Of a stretch of DNA of 31,506 nucleotides, positions 25,926 through 31,506 are shown piece after piece. The stretch is taken from positions 1-31,506 of the IMG/VR virus record IMGVR_UViG_3300014613_000072; one strand, written 5' to 3'. This DNA is from a virus (taxonomy: Duplodnaviria > Caudoviricetes). The position numbers and the translations under genes are program-made. The notes beneath the pieces were generated by a model. It had not been told where the DNA came from, searched no databases, and saw only the letters and a list, made by a program, of their open reading frames with translations. Position 1 is the first letter of the stretch, and the number at the start of each line of letters is the position of its first letter.

Positions 25926-26465
25926 ATGGCGCGTAAAAAAAGCTCATTCCTCGATAGTCCTTCCAGCGAAACCGATGACTTTGGCGACCTTGGTCCGGTG
26001 ATTCCGGCTGATGAAAAGCCGGTCGAAGTCAAGCCCAAAGCCAAGCCCGAAAGCCCGAAACCTCCTGCTCCAAAGGACGATGAGATCATCCTAAAAGCCG
26101 AGGACATCTTCGCAGCGGTAAGCCATGGTGACTATTCCGGCCTGCCGCTTCGGAAGGGCTTCGACCCGAAGCAGACCGGGAAAGAGATCATCCTTGCCCA
26201 GGATTCGACCGAGATAACCGCCGCGATTGCCGGTCATGCTGTCGATTGTGTTTTGATCCATGAGGTCCGCCTTTCATCGTGGAAAGTACGGGGGAAAGCT
26301 CAAGAGCTTTCGGGGAAGTATCGCCTGGAAAACGAGGTTAGAATCGTTCATGATGGACGTGTTCTTACCCTCAAGAAAGGCAAAGAGTTTTTCGATCATC
26401 AAATCTCCGTTGACATGATTCGTCAGGCCGGCGGAATCTGTCTTCCCATCGGAACGCAGGAGTAG
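25926..26465 (+). CDS. Hypothetical protein
   Basis: ATG 25926 is 6 nt after an extended -10 motif. Lies after the capsid gene. Confidence 0.65.
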   Translation: MARKKSSFLDSPSSETDDFGDLGPVIPADEKPVEVKPKAKPESPKPPAPKDDEIILKAEDIFAAVSHGDYSGLPLRKGFDPKQTGKEIILAQDSTEITAAIAGHAVDCVLIHEVRLSSWKVRGKAQELSGKYRLENEVRIVHDGRVLTLKKGKEFFDHQISVDMIRQAGGICLPIGTQE

Positions 26466-26468
26466 GTC

Positions 26469-26714
26469 ATGCTGAAAAAAGGCGTGAAATTGTTCGGTGC
26501 AAAGCCGGGTAGCGCTCCGCCGGTCAGTCCAGGTGGACCGAAACTGGACGACGAGGCTGGCGTCCAGAAGGCCATCGCCGGATTCGACAAGATTGCCGTG
26601 AATCCAGGGGAAAAGATGGCGCTCGCCCTGAAGATCATCCGGGCAGCAAAGCGGTTCAATATCGTTGTTTCCCCGGGATCTCTGATCGGAAGACTCGCCG
26701 GAATGAAGGCGTAA
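26469..26714 (+). CDS. Hypothetical protein
   Basis: AGGAG upstream, tightly packed with neighbours. Confidence 0.65.
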   Translation: MLKKGVKLFGAKPGSAPPVSPGGPKLDDEAGVQKAIAGFDKIAVNPGEKMALALKIIRAAKRFNIVVSPGSLIGRLAGMKA

Positions 26715-26715
26715 C

Positions 26716-27114
26716 ATGGCGACGTTGAACGAAGTAGAACGGGCTAAAGTGCGACGGTATCTCGGATACCAGAACTGGAGTAACCTCGCCCTTGCGTGGG
26801 GGCAGCCTTTCCCGACTCACATCGAGCCGGAATTCTACATCAATGACGCTCTGGACCGCCTCACTGATGAAGGTCTCGAATTGGTCCGTGGTGACCTTCG
26901 ACAGCTCGAAGATATCGAGATTCAAATCGGCAATGCTCGCAAGCGACTTCAGGCGTCGAAGGTCGGGGATATCACGCTTAATCCCGAGGAATTACCTTCG
27001 CTCCGTGGCGAGATGGAACACTGGAAACGGCAACTCGCCGATGACTTCGGCTCACTCGTCAATCCATTCCGTCAGGCCATGGGCGGAAGTAGGAACGGGA
27101 CGGTCGTAGGATAA
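26716..27114 (+). CDS. Putative head-tail adaptor
   Basis: LNEVERAKVRRYLGY and KVGDITL pattern, position after the capsid gene. Confidence 0.6.
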   Translation: MATLNEVERAKVRRYLGYQNWSNLALAWGQPFPTHIEPEFYINDALDRLTDEGLELVRGDLRQLEDIEIQIGNARKRLQASKVGDITLNPEELPSLRGEMEHWKRQLADDFGSLVNPFRQAMGGSRNGTVVG

Positions 27115-27127
27115 AAGGAGACTTACG

Positions 27128-27460
27128 ATGACTGATAACGAAGCTGCATTGTCAGCATGGGTTGAATGGGCAAAGAACTGTGATGCTGGGAAAGAACGTC
27201 TTGAACGGTTCGCCCGATACCTTCGCAGGGAAGATGGTTGCTGCGAAGGGTGTACTTTGAATGTATGCGACATGTGCCCGATCCCAAGAACAATCCAAGA
27301 CGAACGATACATACCTGTAGAAAGATACAACAAAGAACCTTCAATACAGGGTGTCCGTATCGAGCATCGAAAAGCGAAGGATATAATGGGGATTGACACT
27401 CCTTCAGGTCTTTCAACGATGAACGCGGACACGAAAAGCCCCGATACCAAAGTCATCTAA
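27128..27460 (+). CDS. Hypothetical Cys-rich protein
   Basis: SD AAGGAG. CCEGCTLNVCDMC cluster. Lower GC. Confidence 0.65.
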   Translation: MTDNEAALSAWVEWAKNCDAGKERLERFARYLRREDGCCEGCTLNVCDMCPIPRTIQDERYIPVERYNKEPSIQGVRIEHRKAKDIMGIDTPSGLSTMNADTKSPDTKVI

Positions 27461-28053
27461 TGAAGAAATCTGCGGCAGATGCCATCAAGCAACAGCGATT
27501 GAAAAACGGTAAATCCCTGTCTGCACTTGATAAAAGGCCGTCAGATATTAGGTTGGTAGGCGGTAAAGATGAGAAGCTATTTGACCTCCTTATTGAACGG
27601 TACAAGCCATGGATGTTGAAAGATTTCAAGAATGGTGCTCAATATCTGATCACGGTAAAAGTCGGGTCTGAACGCAAGAACATCGGAGTAGTGAGTATCT
27701 GGAAAAGCGACTTCGTTCAGCTAGCAATAGCTCCGCAATTCACTGGACATGGATTCGGGCTAGCGGCAATGAAGCAGCTCGGGAAACTATCAGGAGTCGA
27801 ACGGATTCGATGGTCTTCAGACAGGTCGAATAAGCCCAGTTTGAAATTGCTTCGAGATCTCGGAGGTGGTGTGTACGAGAGCGGAGCAGACGATACGAAA
27901 CAGAAAAGTGTAGAGGGGCATTATTTCACCGATGGGAAAAGGGTTCCGTCCTCTATGACAGAGGCGTTAGATCGTGTCATAGCAGAGCGTCCTGTAACTC
28001 GTATTACAGAACGTCCTCAAGTCGATGCTAAAATATCGGAGTATCTGAAATGA
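27460..28053 (+). CDS. GNAT-family acetyltransferase
   Basis: Motif A LAIAPQFTGHGFG and motif B NKPSLKLL. TAATG coupling. Confidence 0.75.
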   Translation: MKKSAADAIKQQRLKNGKSLSALDKRPSDIRLVGGKDEKLFDLLIERYKPWMLKDFKNGAQYLITVKVGSERKNIGVVSIWKSDFVQLAIAPQFTGHGFGLAAMKQLGKLSGVERIRWSSDRSNKPSLKLLRDLGGGVYESGADDTKQKSVEGHYFTDGKRVPSSMTEALDRVIAERPVTRITERPQVDAKISEYLK

Positions 28054-28733
28054 TCGACCATCACTTTCACCTATACCCCAAACAGGAAACGTCTCCACTT
28101 TTATGCCTTCCAGGTGATGCTGGAATGACAGGAGATGAAGCAGTTGCTCTCCTCGATTCTTCCGGTATCGAATCGGCATGGGTGTTTGGATATCCACTTC
28201 CAGACTCACGTGAGCAGAATCGCTATGTCTTCGCTGAATCTAAGAAATATCAAACGCGACTATCTCCAGTCCCAATCATTGGTGACGACCTGGAGAAATG
28301 GCTCTGTGATGGAGCCATTGCTGTCAAAGAGCATGTCTACGGACAACGCAGGAAATGGGAGTTCGATTCGAGCTGGACGCATCAGTATCGCGCCGTCGAG
28401 TCCGCTGGAGTCCCGCTGATTATTCATCTGGGGCCGGACGCCGTCGAACGGCTGTCGTTGATTCTGAACTGTGCTCCGGGGCTGAGAATCATCGCCGCCC
28501 ATCTGGGATGGCACTTCGAGTGGGGAAAGCATCCTACCTGCCAGGACGTGGAGCCAATCCTGCAATTCCTCGCCGAACACGGCTTGTCTGCGGACACTTC
28601 GGCTCTCGGATCACAAGACGCCGATGTGATAGCTCTGGCTCGTGAAATGCTCGGCGATGAACGAGTACTATGGGGCTCAGATACCCCGACTGACGGAGTG
28701 CTACTTAGCAGAGCAATGGTGGAAGCGCTATGA
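28050..28733 (+). CDS. Amidohydrolase_2-like metal-dependent hydrolase
   Basis: IDHHFH, KEH, PLIIH, IAAHLG, DTS and RVLWGSDTP metal-site motifs. Confidence 0.85.
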   Translation: MIDHHFHLYPKQETSPLLCLPGDAGMTGDEAVALLDSSGIESAWVFGYPLPDSREQNRYVFAESKKYQTRLSPVPIIGDDLEKWLCDGAIAVKEHVYGQRRKWEFDSSWTHQYRAVESAGVPLIIHLGPDAVERLSLILNCAPGLRIIAAHLGWHFEWGKHPTCQDVEPILQFLAEHGLSADTSALGSQDADVIALAREMLGDERVLWGSDTPTDGVLLSRAMVEAL

Positions 28734-29305
28734 ATCCTCGCGGTCCCATGCCTGCCCTGTATGACTCCGATCTCAGGGAGGAACCTACTCCCGGGAATAC
28801 TCTCGTCGAGTCGCTGGGCGATGTGGTGGACAGTATCAGGCAGATTGCCGTTGACCTCGGAGCCCGACCTCTGACCTATCATTCCGTCACGATTCAATGG
28901 AGCGGTGGCGAGGTAGGACGCGGCGAAGCGACCGTGATTCGCGACATTGCGATCACACCGACTCCGAAGACCGAGCCGGTCGGATATGCGGACCGCAAGC
29001 TCGAGGCCGGCGGTGCAGTTGAGCGAGGAGACATCACTCTCACCGGGATATCTCCCCGGTTCACCGAGGACGAAATAGATCAGCTTTTCGGCGTGGTAGC
29101 AGTCGCCGGAGAAGAGACCTTCATCGAGCAACGGACCGACTCCAGAGACGGGGAAACACGTCGGCGGAGATTCGTGCTCGCCAAGACCCCTGAGAGGCGC
29201 GATACGCGCTGCGACTGGAAGGCAGTGCTTCGCCAGGCGGACGGAGCCAGACAGCTTGACGGGACCACCAGACCGGCAAGAGAGACGGTATGGCAAAGCA
29301 GATAG
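28730..29305 (+). CDS. Putative head-closure/neck protein
   Basis: Position in the neck module. DLGARP..V..QWSGG..G and ITPTPK pattern. Confidence 0.55.
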   Translation: MNPRGPMPALYDSDLREEPTPGNTLVESLGDVVDSIRQIAVDLGARPLTYHSVTIQWSGGEVGRGEATVIRDIAITPTPKTEPVGYADRKLEAGGAVERGDITLTGISPRFTEDEIDQLFGVVAVAGEETFIEQRTDSRDGETRRRRFVLAKTPERRDTRCDWKAVLRQADGARQLDGTTRPARETVWQSR

Positions 29306-29778
29306 GAATCAACGATCTCGGCAACGAGCTGCGGAAGCTGATGAAGGGGCAACTCCACGATGCCGTTGTCCGAGGGATTCATTCCGCAGGGTATCGACTT
29401 CAGGCCGGTGTTCCGCTGGCTATCGCGAGCACAAGGCCACATCCTCCCCAGGATACCGGCGAATTGACTCGTTCTATCAAGCTGACGAAGCACTCCGAAG
29501 GCGCTTCCGTAATTGCCGATGCTCCACATGCTCCGATGGTTGAATACGGAGCGCGGCCTCACTTTCCGCCTCTTGCGCCGATAACAGGTTGGGTCTGGCG
29601 CAAATTCGATGTTGAATCGTGGGAAGAGGCCGAAGAGATAGCGTTATCTATCTGCCGGAAGATTGCAAAGTATGGGATGCAACCTCGCCACTTTATGCTC
29701 CGAGCTTTGACTGACTTTCGACGACTGAAGGTCCTGAAACAGGAAGTCGAGCGAGAGATCAAGAGGATAAAGCCGTGA
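29290..29778 (+). CDS. HK97 gp10-like tail completion protein
   Basis: PQDTGELTRSI, APHAPMVEYG and G.QPRHFM motifs. Confidence 0.8.
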   Translation: MAKQIGINDLGNELRKLMKGQLHDAVVRGIHSAGYRLQAGVPLAIASTRPHPPQDTGELTRSIKLTKHSEGASVIADAPHAPMVEYGARPHFPPLAPITGWVWRKFDVESWEEAEEIALSICRKIAKYGMQPRHFMLRALTDFRRLKVLKQEVEREIKRIKP

Positions 29779-30479
29779 CAGTCGGCCAGATAGTTTCAAG
29801 AACGACGACTCCGATGCCTCCTGTTTTCCCGGGAAGAGTCGGTCCTGTCGAGGCGATGCGCCAAGCTCTCGCTGCCTATCTGTTGACGGCGAAGTTCCGC
29901 GTCTATGGCGGAGTGGACCCGAGAGACACGGAGTTTTCTCTAACCGATGTTCTTGACCACTGGCCGCGACCGGACGAAGCTCTTGAGTATCCCTGTGCAA
30001 GTATCATCCCGTTACCTGGCACCGATAGGGACTCGTGTGTGCACCCGAGCCCTTTGGAAGATACTCTCGGACTGTTCGATAGTTTCATCGGTATCACCGG
30101 AGGGGACGGCCAGACGTGCCTGTGGGTCACAGGGGAGGCGGCTTCGAGCTTCCAGGTGGACTTCTGGCTCGATAACGAGGCGGACCGTCAGGCCGTCGCA
30201 GGGTCCGTCAACGACCTCTTCATGCCCGAAGAATCGAACGGCTCCGTGATAGTCGAGGGACCTGAGTTGTATTTCGGTCAGGAGTGCGAGTTTTCACTGC
30301 TTTCAGCCCATCCAGATGATACCGGCGACACCGCTTACCGGAACGAGCGGCGTCTTAGGTGCGTTGTGACCGGGAATTGTGCTATTGTTTCCCTGAGAAC
30401 GGCGACAGCGACAGGTACTCCAAGGGTCGCGGTTGACGTGAATGACCCGGAGGACCCGGGCGAGGAAGACGAGGAGTAG
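29775..30479 (+). CDS. Putative tail terminator protein
   Basis: Lies between the gp10-like gene and the sheath gene. YPCASI and FQVDFW patterns. Confidence 0.55.
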   Translation: MTVGQIVSRTTTPMPPVFPGRVGPVEAMRQALAAYLLTAKFRVYGGVDPRDTEFSLTDVLDHWPRPDEALEYPCASIIPLPGTDRDSCVHPSPLEDTLGLFDSFIGITGGDGQTCLWVTGEAASSFQVDFWLDNEADRQAVAGSVNDLFMPEESNGSVIVEGPELYFGQECEFSLLSAHPDDTGDTAYRNERRLRCVVTGNCAIVSLRTATATGTPRVAVDVNDPEDPGEEDEE

Positions 30480-30483
30480 GCCG

Positions 30484-31506
30484 ATGCCCTTTGTACGCAG
30501 ATCGACGACAACCCCGACCACCGAAGAGCTTGCCGCAATCGAGCAGGAATGGATCATCGACCGGACTCCCCAGACCCCCCTGAAGGGCACCGGGAGCGGC
30601 GCTCTGCTCATTGTAGGCGAGTTCGAGGACGGCGATTTCAACACTCCGACAGAGGTCTACGGCGAAAGCGACCTTGAGTCTCGCTTCGGAGGATTCGGCT
30701 ACACCTACGGGTCGAGCCTTCACCAGAATCCGAGCGCTCGTCTTCACCTGACGGAAAACTGGAACGGCAACGCCCACATGAAGCTCCAGGGGCTGAAGCC
30801 GTCCAGAATCATCGTTTGCCGGCCTGATACTTCGGTCGGAGATGTCCGGTTCACTCTCGCAGCGGGAATGCGGACTGACCCGGCGACTTTCGCGCTCCAG
30901 AACGGCGATCAACTCTCCGTTACGACGGACTCCGGTGGTCCTGCAAACTCCACGGCACTCGTTGCGACCGTGGCCACCGTCGCTGGTGGCGCACTCGGCG
31001 CTGGCCTGGCGGATGGTGACCAGATAACCATTCAGATCGACGAGCTCCCGGCGGTGACCATCACCTTCCAGGCCGTCGATATCAACGCGGCACTCATCGT
31101 TGCTCGTATCAACGGCTTTATGGGTTACGCTTGTGCCGTTGTGAATGGCGCTGCCGTGGACCTACGCTCTATCCAACTCGGAAGTGCGGCGGAGGTAACG
31201 CTGGCAGATATCACCGCTGGCACTCTGGCGAAGATCGGCCACGTAGCAGGGTCAACGAACCCGGTCGGAAACAACGTTGCAAACGCGGCGGAAGTCACCG
31301 CTGCCGAGGTCGTTACCCTCGTCCGTTCCGGTGCAATCCTGGCCATCAATGGCGAGGCGATGGCCGATCCGGTCACCGGAGAGGTCGTCATCTACCGCAC
31401 TGGCAATGCTGCCGGGACGGTACGGGTCGATGACGTGGTCGGAGCAATGGCGACTGACCTCGGATTGACGACCGGCGCAACGGGCCTTGTGACGGCCAAC
31501 ATCGGA
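30484..31506 (+). CDS. Tail sheath protein (5' part, runs off the window)
   Basis: Read by hand, open for 341 codons: MPFVRRSTT...LIVGEFEDGDFNTPTEVYGESDLESRFGGFG..., matching the sheath N-terminal G..G..N.P..V......FG pattern. GAGGAG upstream. Confidence 0.72.
   Translation, partial: MPFVRRSTTTPTTEELAAIEQEWIIDRTPQTPLKGTGSGALLIVGEFEDGDFNTPTEVYGESDLESRFGGFGYTYGSSLHQNPSARLHLTENWNGNAHMKLQGLKPSRIIVCRPDTSVGDVRFTLAAGMRTDPATFALQNGDQLSVTTDSGGPANSTALVATVATVAGGALGAGLADGDQITIQIDELPAVTITFQAVDINAALIVARINGFMGYACAVVNGAAVDLRSIQLGSAAEVTLADITAGTLAKIGHVAGSTNPVGNNVANAAEVTAAEVVTLVRSGAILAINGEAMADPVTGEVVIYRTGNAAGTVRVDDVVGAMATDLGLTTGATGLVTANIG

Noticed and set aside
111-31506. Genome-wide stop-codon reassignment (code 15 or 4)
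   Set aside because: TerL, portal, capsid and primase-helicase are full length in the standard code, and TAG, TGA and TAA all end genes at sensible positions.

Overview
The window is a 31.5-kb segment of a tailed dsDNA bacteriophage or prophage. It is GC-rich, and every credible gene is on the + strand. Left part (1-10731): a recombination/replication module with a Sak4/AAA_24-like ATPase, an SSB-like protein with a DDDIPF tail, an initiator-like protein and a T7 gp4/Twinkle-type primase-helicase. This is followed by RusA, small ORFs, an NDT-like base hydrolase, a MazG-like pyrophosphatase, a SNF2-like helicase and an N4/N6 methyltransferase. A palindrome-rich spacer (10869-10970) precedes the packaging and virion module: TerS, TerL, portal, gp7/gpF-like protein, scaffold, major capsid, head-tail proteins and the start of a probable contractile tail sheath that runs off the window. 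The virion module is interrupted by three apparently inserted, locally AT-richer blocks: (i) a small moron bounded by a 16-bp direct repeat, (ii) a ParB-fusion + glycosyltransferase + radical SAM cassette, a candidate packaging-linked DNA (or virion) modification system, and (iii) a Cys-rich protein + GNAT + amidohydrolase cassette. Four late genes share an extended -10 motif 6-7 nt before their start codon, which suggests leaderless mRNAs. All family calls come from motif recognition by eye and gene order. No searches were run.
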